Source: Stegostoma tigrinum (Eukaryota). From it: a stretch of DNA of 64,000 bases. Below the pieces are notes generated by a model. It saw only the letters and a list, made by a program, of their open reading frames with translations, was not told the DNA's origin and did no database searches. Where the stretch lies: assembly GCF_030684315.1 (NCBI RefSeq), contig NC_081360.1:45021424-45085423 (forward strand), read 5' to 3'. A program made the position numbers and the translations under genes. Shown in pieces: positions 1 through 13,100 of the stretch (position 1 is the stretch's first letter; every line of letters begins with the position of its first letter).

Positions 1-648
1 TAGGGTGGTGTCAGTAGGTACTCAAATGGAGGAGGAGCGACACATAGGCACTTTGTGAACTTCCTCTTAGGACACTTCAGAGGTGCTGACCCTTCCTCCT
101 TCCCCCTGCATGTGATCCCAAAGCCAGCAGCAGTTCCACCAGAGGAGGGTGAGCATGTATCTGGGCTGGAGATTCTCAGCAGGACTCTAGGCCTAAAGAC
201 ACTAGGAGACACTGGCCAGGTCTCCAGACCAGCAAGGGCCAGCTATCACGCACGCTCCCTCCACCTCAGTTGCTAAGACTGAAACCAGGATTGCCCTCAG
301 ACATGGTGGGACACAGAGGAAGGAGAAAACACACTGAAAACATGGATAAAACGTCATTGGAAGTAACTCTTCATTATTTGCAAATATACATTCACTTGCT
401 CGAGTTATGACACCTGTTGGAATGTAATTTTCACTGGTGGACCTTGTTAAATCACACATCATGTGAGAGATGATTCAGTTCTGATGAAGGGTCACTGGAC
501 TCAAACGGTAACTTGTTTTTCTCTCCTTAGATGTAGCCAGAATTTCTGTAGCAATTTCTGTTTTGTGTGAGATGGGCAGCCTGTTCAGACATTTCTAAGG
601 AAGAACGAAGTTTCAGTGGCTCAGTATTGGTCAGCTCTCATGAATAAA

Positions 649-880
649 TAGAGTCATAGAGTCACACAGCACCGAAACAGATCCTTTGGACCAACTCGTT
701 CATGCCAACTAGGTTTCCCAAACTAAACTAAAACCACTTCCCTGCGTTTGGCCCATATCCCTCTAAACCTTTCCTATTCATGTACCTGTCCAAATATCTT
801 TTTAAATGGTGTAACTGTACTTGCATCTGCTACTTTCTCTGGCAGTTCATTCCACACATGAACCACCCGTTGTGTGAGAA
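649..880 (-). mobile_element. CR1 3' end fragment
   Basis: Minus strand FLTQRVVHVWNELPEKV and a typical 3' UTR. Confidence 0.8.
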
Positions 881-884
881 AGCG

Positions 885-1345
885 CATTCCCATCTCCTCA
901 AATGTTGAAGCAATCTGTGTCCAAGTGCAGCAATACCCGAGCAATATCCAAATTTGGGCTGACGAAAGGCAAGTATCATTTGTCCCACAAATACCACGCA
1001 ACAACCATCTCCAAGAAGAGGGAATGCAACCATTACCCCTAAATATTCAGTGCCATTACCATCACTGATTCCTCATTATTAACAACTGAGATTACCCTGA
1101 AACAGAAACCGAACCTGGCTACCCACATAAATGTGTGGCTCCAAGAGCAAGGCAGAGGCTACAAATACTGCAGCAAATAACTGTTTCCCCAATGTCTGTC
1201 TACCATCTCTAAAGTACAAGTAAACAGTGTGATGGAATACTCCCCATTTGCTTCCATGAGTGCAGCTCTAACACTTGAGAAGCTTAAGAACATCATCCAG
1301 GACAAAGAAGTCTGTTTGACTGACATCACATCTGAAAACATTCAT
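885..1345 (+). mobile_element. Degenerate LINE RT fragment (second family)
   Basis: NIQIWADERQVSFVP and ctaccatct..aagtacaagt...gtgatggaatactcccca, shared with 9500-10170, 28730-29650 and 57330-57400. Confidence 0.7.
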
Positions 1346-1878
1346 CGGGGTCAATAGGGCTACATTCTTAGACCATCCTTGTTCCTCATTAACAAGGTGT
1401 TGACTTTGTCTCCCTACTTAGTGGTGACCTTGCCGTTTGAGTATCCTTCACCAACTCACATCATATTGGAAAATCTTCAGAGGTCCTTAAATGACTGGAA
1501 GAACCGGTATGCTCTTGGTTTCCATAAGGTTAAACTTCCAGAGAAAGTAGTGTTCAGTCTTCAAAAGGCATGAAGCACAAGAAAAGTCATGACATGACTC
1601 GTTGACTGTAGATAGAATTAGAATTAGTTTTATTGTCACATGTGGTCAAGTATAGGAGTACACTGAAAAGTTTATAATGTGCTCCAATGGCCCCATTTAG
1701 GTACAAAATACCTAGGTACAAATCTTAGATACAAAATGGAGAAATAAAGAAAAAAAGTTACATTACCTTCTAGTCATTCATAATATGTTAGAAAAATATG
1801 AAATAAAGTTTAAGAAGGTAAACGTTACAGTCTTTCTACAAAGTCCCCTGCAGTAGATCCATGTGGCTGCTTGCACAC

Positions 1879-3237
1879 AAATCCATTGTCAAGGATTTTA
1901 TAGCAGAGCATTTAGAAAGCAGTGGCAGGATCACACAGAGTCAGCATGGATTTATGAAGGGGAAATCATGCTTGACAAATCTATTAGAATTCTATGAAAA
2001 TGTAACCAGTAGAGTTGACAAGGGAGAGCCAGTTAATGTGGTGTATTTGGACTTTCAGAAAACATTTGACAAAGTTCCACACAAGCATTTATTGCGCAAG
2101 ATTAAAGAACCTGGGATTGGGGGAAGTGAATTGAGATGGATAGGAAACTGGTTGTCAGAGAGGAAACAAAGGGTAGGAATTAATCTGTCCTTTTCAAATT
2201 GGCAGGCAGTAACTAGTGTGGTACAACAGGAATTGGTGCTGGGACCCCATCTATTCACAATGTATGTTACTGATTTGGATGAGGAAACAAAATGTAACAT
2301 CTCCAAGTTTGCAGATGATACAAAGTTTGTTGGGAGAGTGAACTGTGACGAGGTTACTGAGATCCTTCAACATGTTCTGGACAGGTTGGGTGAGTGGGGA
2401 ATGGCAGATGCAGTATAATTTGGATAAATGTGAGGCTATTCACTTTGGAAGCATAAACAAGAAGGTAGATTACTACCTGGATGGCTGCAAATTGGGAGAG
2501 GGGAGTGTACAGTTGGATCTGGGTGTCCTTGTGCACCAGTCGCTGAAGGTAAGCCTGCAGATGCAGCAGATGGGAAAGAAAGCAAATGGTATGTTGGCTT
2601 TCATTGCGAGAGGTTTCGAGGGCAGGAGCAGGGATGTATTGTTGCAGTTGTACAGGGTCTTGGTGAGGCCACACTAAGAATATTAGTCTCCTTTTCTGAG
2701 GAAGGATGCTCTTGTTCTCAAGGGAGTGCAGTGAATGTTTACCAGGCTGATTCCAGGGATGGCAGGACTGATGTATGAGGAAAGATTGACTGGGTTAGGA
2801 TTGTTTCCACTGGAGTTCAGCCAAATGAGGGGTGGGGGGGGGTGCGGAATCTCATTGAGACTTTTAAAATCCTGAGAGGACCAGACAGTGTAGCTGCAGG
2901 GAGGATGTTCCCGATGGTGGGTGTGTCCAGAACCAGGAATTGCAATATCAGGATTCAAGGTAAACAATTTAGGATGGAGATGAAGAGAGAGTTCTTCACA
3001 TAGAGTGGTGAGCCTGTGGAATTCATTACCACAGGAAGTAGTTGATGTCAAAACATTGAATGTATTCAAGACGTGGCTAGATGCAGCACTTGGGGCAAAT
3101 GGAATCAAAGGTTATGGGGAGAAAGCAGGATTAGGCTATTGAGTTGGACGATCAGCCAAGATAGCAATGAGTGGCGAAGCAGGCTCAAAGGGCCGAATGG
3201 CCTCCTGTTGCTCGTATCTTCTATGTTTCTATGTTTC
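1879..3237 (+). mobile_element. CR1 LINE 3' half (RT remnant)
   Basis: QHGFMKGKSCLTNLLEF, VVYLDFQKTFDKVPH, ISKFADDTK. Tail gggccgaatggcct...tctatgtttctatgttt. Confidence 0.9.
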
Positions 3238-3299
3238 ACGTATGGTCTGACTGAGCCGGCAAGCTGCTGACTGTCAGTACAGGTCCCCAGTCCGACAAT

Positions 3300-3545
3300 C
3301 ATCCCGGCTCTGGGCACACTGGGCGTCCCTGCCCCGCTCCGGGTGCGCCGGGCATCCCTGCCCCGCTCTGGGCACTCCGGCCGTCCCTGCCCCGCTCCAG
3401 GCGCGCCAGGCGTCCCTGCCCCGCTCCGGGTGCGCCGGACGTCCCTGCCCCGCTCTGGGCATGACGGGCGCACTCTGGCCATCCCTGCCCCGCTCTGGGC
3501 ACTCCGGCCATCCCTGCCCCACTCTGGGCACTCCGGCCATCCCTA
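3300..3545. repeat. GC-rich minisatellite, about 29-30 bp unit (ccctgccccgctctgggcactccggccat and variants), about 8 copies
   Basis: Directly visible tandem array. Confidence 0.9.
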
Positions 3546-4309
3546 CACCACTCCATGCTTCCATCACGCTCTGCTCTGGCACTCAGCCAATCTGATGATG
3601 TCACTGCTGCTCCAAGATAAATTTTTTTCCACAAAAAAACCTTATAAACTTTGAAAAAGACAGAAGAATAAGGAAAGAAAAAAACAGATGGAACAGACAA
3701 GCTCCAGGTCAAGGATTCTCGACAGTGCCTACCCCACTACCTGGCCTCCACTGTCAGGATTTTTGAACGATGCTGTGGACAATTGCTACTGAGCCACTTG
3801 AATGTGGACAATATTGAGACTAGGCACAATGAGAACGGATTGTTCTGCTTCATGGCCCACATGCATCCTTCCACATTTACTCCCACTTTGTGAGTAAGCA
3901 TAGGGAAACGGTGATAATTCCACATATCTTTGCAGGGAAAGGTTTCAAGTTTCAGGTTTTCAAGGAAGTGCACTGCCAATCAATCCAGGAAGATGTCCAA
4001 TGTACAGTTCACACGACCACGCTCCCAAATAGTTCGTTTATCCACTGAGAAAAGCTACATAAAGCATACTTCTCGTAATTTCAGTGCTGTCCCAGAGGAT
4101 GCACCAGCATTTCAGGCAACGTAATTGTCTACATGCACTCTAATGTTGCAGAGTTACCGATGAAGGAAGGGTCAAAAGAGGTTCCTCAGGATTTCTCTCA
4201 ACCTGCTAGCTGACATAAGGGCCTGCACTAAACAGCACATAAATAGGATATACTGACGGATGACTTAACATCAATCTGACCTTAGCCCAATGCTGTGTTA
4301 CTGCACTAT

Positions 4310-5865
4310 ATCACTCACTGACTCTGAGTGATTTATTGTTGCCACATATACTACGATACAGTGAAAAGTGTTGTTTTGCATGCCATACAGGCAGATCGAA
4401 CCATACAAAATGCATCAGGGTAGCAGAACAGAATACGGGATACAGTGTTACAGCTGCAGAGGAAGTGCGGAGAGAGAGATCAGAATTAACATGTGAGAGG
4501 TCCATTCAAAAGTCTGCTAACAGCAGGGAAGATAATGAAATGTGAGGCTGGATGAACACAGCAGGCCCAGCAGCATCTCAGGAGCACAAAAGCTGACATT
4601 GCGGGCCTAGACCCTTCATCACAGAGGGGGATGGGGTGAAGGCTCTGGAATAAATAGGGAGAGAGGGGGAGGCGGACCGAAGATGGAGAGAAAAGAAGAT
4701 AAGTGGAGAGGAGAGTATAGGTGGGGAGGTAGGGAGGGGATAGGTCAGTCCAGGGAAGACGGACAGGTCAAGGAGGTGGGATGAGGTTAGTAGGTAGGAG
4801 ATGGAGGTGCGGCTTGGAGTGGAAGGAAGGGATGGGTGAGAAGAAGAACAGCTTAGGGAGGCAGAGACTGGTTGGACTGGTTTTGGGATGCAGTGGGTGG
4901 AGGGGAAGAGCTGGGCTGGTTGTGTGGTGCAGTGGGGAGAGGGGACGAACTGGGCTGGTTTTGGGATGCGGTGGGGGAAGGGGAGATTTTGAAGCTGGTG
5001 AAGTCCACATTGATACCATTGGGCTGCAGGGTTCCCAAGCGGAATATGAGTTGCTGTTCCTGCAACCTTCGGGTGGCATCATTGTGGCACAGCAGGAGGC
5101 CCATTATGGACAGGTCATCTAAAGAATGGGAGGGGGAGTGGAAATGGTTTGCGACTGGGAGGTGCAGTTGTTTATTGCGAACCGAGCAGAGGTGTTCTGC
5201 AAAGCGGTCCCCAAGCCTCCGCTTGGTTTCCTCAATGTCTCTGCCTCCCTAACCTGTTCTTCCTCTCACCCATCCCTTCCTCCCACTCCAAGCCTCACCT
5301 CCATCTCCTACCTACTAACCTCATCCCACTTCCTTGACCTGTCCGTCTTCCCTGGACTGACCTATCCCCTCCCTACCTCCCCACCTATACTCTCCTCTCC
5401 ACCTATCTTCTTTTCTCTCCATCTTCGGTCCGCCTCCCCCTCTCTCCCTATTTATTCCAGAACCCTCACCCCATCCCCCTCTGTGATGAAGGGTCTAGGC
5501 CTGAAATGTCAGCTTTTGTGCTCCCGAGATGCTGCTGGGCCTGCTGTGTTCATCCAGCCTCACATTTCATTATCTTGGATTCTCCAGCATCTGCAGTTCC
5601 CATTATCACTAACAGCAGGGAAGAAGCTGTTCTTGAATCTGTTTGTACGTGTATTCAAATTTACATGTCTTCTGCCTGACAGAAGAGAGTGGAAGAAAGC
5701 ATAACCTGGGTCTGAAGGGCCTTTGATTATGTTGGTTGCTTTCCCAGGACAGTGGGAAGTATAGACGGAGTCAACGGATGGAATGCTGGTTTGCATGATG
5801 GACTGGGCTGTGTTCATGATTCTCTATAGATTCTTGCAGTCTTGGGAAGAGCAGTTGCCGTATCA
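4310..5865 (-). mobile_element. Degenerate LINE 3' fragment (Rex1/Babar-like tail) interrupted by the fold-back PLE
   Basis: Minus-strand remnant ...FHSLLSGRRH...RTNRFKNSFFPAV, and a tail ttttcactgta...aataaa followed by short repeats. Confidence 0.55.
4533..5608. mobile_element. Fold-back PLE insertion: inverted 3' fragment (about 4533-5235, minus strand) joined to a forward pseudo-LTR (about 5237-5608)
   Basis: Both arms match the 3' end of the 46-49 kb PLE. Flanked by direct repeat ctaacagcagggaaga (4517-4532 and 5609-5624). Confidence 0.88.
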
Positions 5866-6077
5866 AAAAGCTGCTGCTTTTTGCCTAATGTTCATTTAAA
5901 CCATGTTATAAGCTCTACACATGAACATGAGCTCACCCAAAGATATTAGAAGTTCAGTCGCTTGGGTAATGTGATATTTATTCAGGCAGGCCAAAATGTC
6001 AGGGATTGCAAAAATAACAAGCTCCACATGTTCTATGCACCAAGCAAGAGCTGCTTGCCAGATTAGCAAATGAATTT

Positions 6078-6663
6078 GGGAGATCACGTTGCAGCTGTAC
6101 AGGACGTTGGTAAGGCCACTTTGGGAATACTGCATATAGTTCTGGTCACCCTGCTGTAGAAAGGAAATAATTAAATTGGAGAGGGTGCAGAAAAGGTTTA
6201 CAAGGATTTTACCAGGACGGAAGGATCTGAGTTATAAAAACAGGATGGGCAGGCTGGGACCTTTTATCCTGGAGCATAGGAGGTTGAGGGGTGACCTTAT
6301 AGAGATTTATAAAATCATGAAGGCCACAGATAAGCTGAATAGCAGAGGTCTTTTCCCAGGGTGGGTGAGTTGTAAACTAGAGGGCATAGGTTTAACTTGA
6401 GAGGATAAAGATTTAAAAGGGACCTGAGGAACAACTTTTATAAAGAAAAGGCGGTGTGTATGTGAAGTGAACTGCCAGAGGAAGTGGTAGATGCAGGGAA
6501 AGTTACAACATTTAAAAGACATTTGAACAGGTACCTGAATAAGAAAAGTTTAGAGGGATATGGGTTAAACGCAGACAAATGGGATTAGTTTAGCTTGGAT
6601 AAACTGTTCAGCATGGACGAGTTGGACCGAAGGGACTGTTTCTATGCTGTATGATTCTATGAC
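6078..6663 (+). mobile_element. CR1 3' fragment
   Basis: ERVQKRFTRILPG...RRLRGDLIEIYKIM. Tail ggaccgaagggactgtttctatgctgtatgattctatga. Confidence 0.85.
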
Positions 6664-7140
6664 TTGCTATTCACTCTGGCAGCAGGTCTCTATTAGGTAA
6701 TGTCTGATCTTTCAGGCTCTTTATGTATTGTTGTCATGATCTCTTAGACTGATTTTCTACTCCCTGTCCTCATCTTCATCCTTATTTTCCTCACAAAAGA
6801 TCATTGTTGATCCCCCAATTCTTTGGCATCTAGAATGTGCCCATTGTTAGTTTTAGTTGTGAAAGACACAGCATGTTACAATGATGCAAGACATCCTTTC
6901 CAGACTATAGCGCGAGGCCCTTCTGGAAAGGGGCAAGCTTCTTACAGCCATCGTACCTTGTGTTAAGGGCCTAAAGTCTGTTCCACTGCAGACCTAGGTG
7001 AAGAGTGAGCAGCTTTGTATCTTCATTCTGCAACAGTCTGAGAGCTGTTTGGAAAGGGTATCCCATCTCACCCGCCAGATATCTCCACATAAACCAAGGT
7101 TTTTGGAAGGATGGAGAACCCTGTCAGTTCTCAAGAATGC

Positions 7141-7495
7141 AAGAATCATAGAAACCCTACAATGTGGAAGCAGGCCTTTTGATCTATCGAGTCCTCATGG
7201 ATCCTCCGAAGATTATCCCAACCAGACCCATCCTCCTTACCATATAAACCGGCATTTCCCATGGCTAATCCATCTACCAGGACATCCCCGGACACAGTGG
7301 GCAATGGAGCATGGCTAATTCACCTAACTTGCATCCTTGGACTGTGGGAGGAAGCCAGACCACTCTCAGGCAATGCACACAGACATAGGGAGAACATGCA
7401 AACTCCACACAGATAGTCACCCAAGGTTGGAATCAAACCTGGGTCCCTGGTGCGGTGAGGCAGCAGTGCTAACCACTGAGCCACCATGCTGCCCC
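7141..7495 (-). mobile_element. HE1/V-SINE-type tRNA-derived SINE
   Basis: Reverse strand gggcagcatggtggctcagtggttagcactgctgcctcac (A box), ggtttgattcc (B box), V-domain and CR1-derived tail. Confidence 0.88.
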
Positions 7496-9504
7496 AGTCA
7501 TAGCAGCTCCCAGGATATCTGGCACATATGTTGGGCAAGCTGATGGTAGTGGAGAATTAATCCCAGTGTCTATGCTCCTTGAATTTTTTTCTTCATAGGG
7601 AAAGGATAGGAGGAGCTGAACTCTGAAGAGAATAGCATCAGGACCATTGCTGGTGGATTTATGTGTTAGGATGTCACCCATGTCCCCAGATATGCATGAG
7701 AAGCTGCTGGCCTAAAAGTTCTGGGCAGCTGTCACTTTGATGGGTAATGTGAGGGGATGGTTGTCTAAGTATAAGTTCCTCTCCAGACAGAGAATGTAGT
7801 TCTGAAATGATGGAATGAGATATTCTTCTTCATCTGGACCTGCCTTTCAGGAAGTTGAAGAAAGTGACAGCAAAGGCATATGCTGAGTCTCATTGTTCAC
7901 CAGAGCCTCTGTGGTGGATCTTGTCTTTCTGCTTCCTCCCCTGAGTTAGGTGGCAGATGCTGGAGATTGCTGTTCTTGATGGGCTTTCTGACAAAGCTGT
8001 AATCACTGTCTCCTTCTACATTATCTTCGGAGCTGCACCAAGGCCATAAGGATTTGAGCCGCCATTATCCCCTTGTGATGCTCTTCGGAGGGCTGCTGTG
8101 GACTTGTTGGGCCGAATGGCCTGTTTCCACACTGTGGGGATGCTGTGACTCTGATGATTTTCCCATTTTTCTCATCATTCCTAATACCAGAGTACAGGAG
8201 GGGAAAATTCCAGCCAAAGCTTATGTTTTTCTGGGGTTTGACGCAAAGTAAATTAGACCAGCCGTTAAAACCTGTTTAATTATCTCACAGAGACTTATGA
8301 ACTGGAACACTATGGACTCTCCACAGCTTCCCATCAGCTAATTATAATCCATCCTCCAGTAATTCATACATTGAGGAAGCGCAGCTCAGCTACAGCAATA
8401 TCAATATCAGGATAACTCTCCCTCTGCTCTGTTCTGTTGCAGTTAAATGCCTCATCCTCAATTTTAGACCTTGACCAAAGTGCTGTAAACCCATGAGGAT
8501 TAGGACTTACAATGATAGTATCCAAATTAAATTTACAAGGTACCTTTTCAGTCAATAGACAGAGGACAGTATCATCTCATCTTTATGGCTGGGTTGAAGC
8601 ACAGGTCTGAGAGGTGTAGATTACTATTTGTTACGTTCTAGGACTCTTTCTTACTTAAGATAAAATGAATGGTGACCTGTCCTGAGACTTGCCTAACAGC
8701 AATCTTGGGTACCTTATTATTGGTGGTTAAAGAAGGCCCATTTTGTTTCATAGGGAAGAAGGATTAAGGTGTTGGCACTTTCAAGGTTGGAAAAGTACAC
8801 TGATTCTCACCAGTCCTACTAGTTGACTGGTCACAGCATCTATTTAAATGATTTACCTAGTTGCTGATGTGCTAAGTGTATACCTTTTTCCAGATTCAGT
8901 ACAGAATAAAAATATCCATCAAACATGTTGTTTTAATAAAGCGCGAAGTAATTGATTTATTATAAAATAAAACTTACTCATCAAAAATGCAAAGCTGATA
9001 AACCCGCACATAGTTTGAAATATGAATATTCACATATTTGCCCATCTAAAATATCCAATTCTCTCACAGCAAAGAAGAAAGAACGATGTTGTGAGATTGA
9101 CTTTGACTTTGAATAAAAATTACTTTGCCTAATGATTGTTAGTTCTCAAAGGGGCAAAATAAGGGAAAGTATGAAATGTTTAAGATGGCTTTCAGTCATC
9201 ATTCTGGCTCATGTAGGCAGGTGTTATCAAACATGGGCAGTCATCTCTGGGACCTTAGGAATCAGAGTTTTCAGTTCTTACACTGACTGTACTGCAAGGG
9301 CTCTTTCAAAAGGGAAGAGATTAAGCTGGATAGAGGTTTTCTCTGTGGGAGCTGTGACATGACTGAAATCCAAACAATCTTCAGATAAAAGCCTATTCCT
9401 GATATCTATAAGCCTAATAAAGTGGTTTCCAATAAATGGGTCAGAGCACTTACCTTTAGAATGTGATTCCTGTAACATATCTTTTTACAACCAATGTCCC
9501 CTTT

Positions 9505-10170
9505 TTTTCATTCATTCATGAGAAGTGGGCAGCGCTGGCTGCATTTATTCCTCCTCCCTAGTTTCCTTTGAGAAGATGGTGAGGAGCTCCCTTTTTACTG
9601 CCGCACATCATGTGCAGTAGGTTGACTCACAATGTTGTTAGGGACGGAATTCCAGGATTTTGGCCCAATAAGACTGAAAGAATGTTAGGATATTTTTGAA
9701 GACAGGATGGTGAATGGCTTGGAGTGGAACTTGCAGGTGGTGGTGTTCCCATGTATCTGCTGTCCTTGTTCTTCCTGAAGGAAGTAGTTGTGGGTTTAAA
9801 AGGTGCTGTCTGAGAAACTTTGGTGATTTTCTGCAGTGCGTCTTGTAGATGGTTCATGCTGGTACCACTTGACATCTGTGGTGGTGTGACAAAGTCCATA
9901 AATGTGGTGCCAATCAAGCAGATTGCTTTGTCCTGGATGCTGTCAAGCTTCTTGAGCATTGCTGGAGCTGCACCTATCCAGGCAAGTGAGCAGTATTCCA
10001 TCACACTCCTGACTTGTGCCTTGTGTGTGGTAGACAAACTCTGGGGAATAGAGAGGAATCCTAGCTGCTGACCTGTTCTTGTAGTTTCAGTACTTGTATA
10101 TAACCCCAGGATGTTGGTGGTTGGGGTTTCAGTATTGAATGTAAAGGGACAGTGTTTAGATTTTCTGTTA
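9505..10170 (-). mobile_element. Degenerate LINE 3' fragment (second family)
   Basis: Minus-strand STTHKAQVRSVMEYCSLAW...KKLDSIQDKA. Confidence 0.75.
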
Positions 10171-13100
10171 CTGTCTCCAATGTATCCAAAGTGACATTTT
10201 TAAAGAGAGTTCAGGCCTCTCCATCTTACTCCACATGAACTAGCATCTGCAAACGTTTAAATGCAAGTCCTCAAAAAATATTAATGTTGAAGCATTTTCG
10301 TGAATGTTTACACATGTATACAATGGCAGCAGCCTGCATGTCAACAGGGAATGGCCTGTGTGTCTCTAAAGTACGATAAATCATTTAAGAATTTTGGTTT
10401 GTAATCAATTTTGCTTTAAACTGTCGACTTACTTCTGAGATAAATAGAGCTGAGGTCTCAAAGATATAAGGCCCATGTTTTTTGTTGGTATGAATGCGAA
10501 TTTTGAGAGGGCATGCCCTAAGATATCCCTAAAGCTCTTGGATGAGATTAGTCTGCCAAGATCCAGGAGAGGCACAGCATCTATAGCCAGCAAGACTTTG
10601 ATTCATTTTACAGGAATGCAGGTGGAATTTAAACAAGAGAGGGAAAATCTTCATTGTGGAAAACCATCCTGAGATTAAAAGTTCTCAGGCTGAGAAAGGA
10701 AAAGAACAGAAGCACTTGCTTGGGGAGTGAAGACTAGTTCAGGAGAAGTGAATAACTATTAAAAGGATACTGTGAGATATATCTGTGAACTACATTTCTG
10801 AATCTGCTAAAGAACAAAGGAATATGTTCTGTTCTGTTAAAGTATAAGTTGCCTGCAAAGATAATGTTCAACCAAAATTCCTTTCGTCTATTGTTACAAC
10901 AAATAATGTGAAATCTTGTCATCTTTTCAGCTATTAATTGGAAATTCAAATTACTTTTTTGACAGTTATCAGTCTCTATGGAAATTTTTAAAATTGGTCT
11001 ATGCCAATCCAATTTCCCTAACTTTTTAATATTGATTTATTTAACATACCCCAATTAAAAATTGATTTGTAAAAATTTTTAACATATATAATTCTGCCAT
11101 CTTAAATATGTGCTCATGTATGTCAAGGGGCAACACTTTCACTCACTTGTCTTGAGACAGGAAAACTTGCAAAGAATAGAGAATCGAACATTTCAAAGAA
11201 AGTAGAACGATATTGATGAGTTTGGGAGCACCGGACGATATTTTTGTGCTTGGATCTCATTGATTTATAGAATGAAATTTTAAATCATGTAAACATTGAA
11301 ATAAATCCAGTTCTTCATTAAATACTCCACAGGATTCTACCAGCTCATTAAGATGAAGAAGCAAATAATATTTCTGTGACTTACCAATGAAATAAAATTT
11401 GAACAGCACAAATAAGCTGAGTTGAAGATAATAGAATAACATAAATCCGAACAAAAGAAAGATAATTTACAATACATGAGATTGTGAAAATTTGACCCTA
11501 CAATATAGTATAGCACAAAAAGCCAACACTGAAAAGTACCAGCAATATAATAACAGTATGATATATTTATGAACAGATAGATGATAAATCTTTGGAATCA
11601 TAATGATAGGGAGATCAGGGAGGTGGTGTTTAATATAAAACTTTAGACTGTGATGATCTTAACTACTCGGTTTCCGATACATTTTCGTTTCCTGGAATTT
11701 CTTTCCTGCAGTCAAGTAAAATGTCAATGTTGTCTGACTGCTGTGATTAGGGATAACATTTTTGTTACATCTTCAGGGGGCCCCAGCTGCTGGCTAGAAT
11801 CCAATATTTCTCTTCTCAGGAAGGTCCAAGCCTCTCAGCAGTGGCAAGCCAACCAAATGGTTCCTTTCCTGGAATCAGGAACTCTTTGATTATAGGACAG
11901 ACCTACCCACTCACTTGCTCCCTCACCCTGCCACAGCTTGGACTGACAAGCTGCCCACACAGTTTTAACAGCCTTGCACAGTACATAGTGGCAGGTCTGA
12001 CTGAAGCTGTGTTAATCTTAGCAACGGTGGGTTGAAGCCCTGAGGTGCTCCTTATTTAGCATTTAAAAGCTACAGTTGGGGTGGGCGCATTGACCATGGG
12101 TCTTTTTTACCCAGAACTTAATTTCTGGGAGACTCTAAAGGCATATAATACCACCCCACCTAATGAAATGCCCTTCCCACCTCAAAGTTCACCACCAGAG
12201 ATCTGCAAGCTTTTGATTTAGTGCTTAGGTAATTAGTAATAAATCTTTGTTATGCGTGTTGAATTTCCCGTGAAGCAGTAATACATTATCAAGTGTTCTC
12301 TTCCTTAGAGGACTAGTTTCACTATCTCAATGTGCCTTTCAATAACAAAAAACAAGAATTTGAAATCATAATTTTCCTCTAGTCTGAAACAATTTGTGAC
12401 TTCATTGTGACTTGTAAATGAATGCAAAACAATGCTACTTGTGAATTGAATGGCATGAAAAATAATTCTTTAAGTAGTGTCATACGACTCTTGTGCTAAT
12501 TTTTGTTCTTGAAAGTTTGGACCGGCTGCAGGCAGAGATTCTCTGCAACCAATTTTTTGTCCATGTTTGCAATTCATAATTTCACAAACTGTACACATTT
12601 TAGAAGCATTTCAAGGATGTAAGTCAACACCATTATTTTAAGAATTCAACTTCTTTCAATGAGCAATAAATTTCAACAGCCTCTTCTAAAGTAATAAATG
12701 ACATTTATTTCCACTGAAGGTACTCCGTAACATTTTGTAAGGGTTATACGCTTGTATATAAATAATTTGGTTATAAAAATGGTTATAAATAGGTTCAGTG
12801 CATTAACATTTTGTCTTGCTGTGTTTTAGTTTACTGGAAATTTGCATCACTTGAATGTTTTTATTTTGAATAAAATAATATGATTATATTGAGAAGATCG
12901 ATCATCTAACTACATTTCCAATAAACTAATTGAGTTGCTTTACACTGCAAGTAAAGAGAACATTAAAATTACAGTTCTTGGTGGCAAATAAGTCATAAGC
13001 AATCATAAGCAACATCATATCATTTATAAGCATTGGTTTGGAATAGTCACATTGCAATTTTAATAAATAGCAACCCAAAGATCTGCACATACCGCACAAA

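Larger units (their letters stand above)
1613..3735 (-). mobile_element. Non-autonomous repeat with LINE-like tail, hosting the CR1 insertion and a minisatellite
   Basis: 1613-1830 is the reverse complement of the element at 21300-21570 (gtacctag.ta...ttttca..gtactcct..tacttga..atgtgacaat.aaa plus short tandem tail). The far boundary is inferred. Confidence 0.5.

Noticed and set aside
3300-3545. CRISPR-like array
   Set aside because: Repeats are contiguous with no unique spacers, and the context is vertebrate.
3105-3712. Several overlapping 100-137 aa ORFs
   Set aside because: Artefacts of a stop-free GC-rich minisatellite.
7420-7495. tRNA gene
   Set aside because: The tRNA-like A/B boxes are SINE heads continuing into a V-domain and LINE tail. 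The same applies to the other copies.
10240-11030. Possible solo LTR
   Set aside because: No clear TG...CA ends, TSD or partner LTR could be established.
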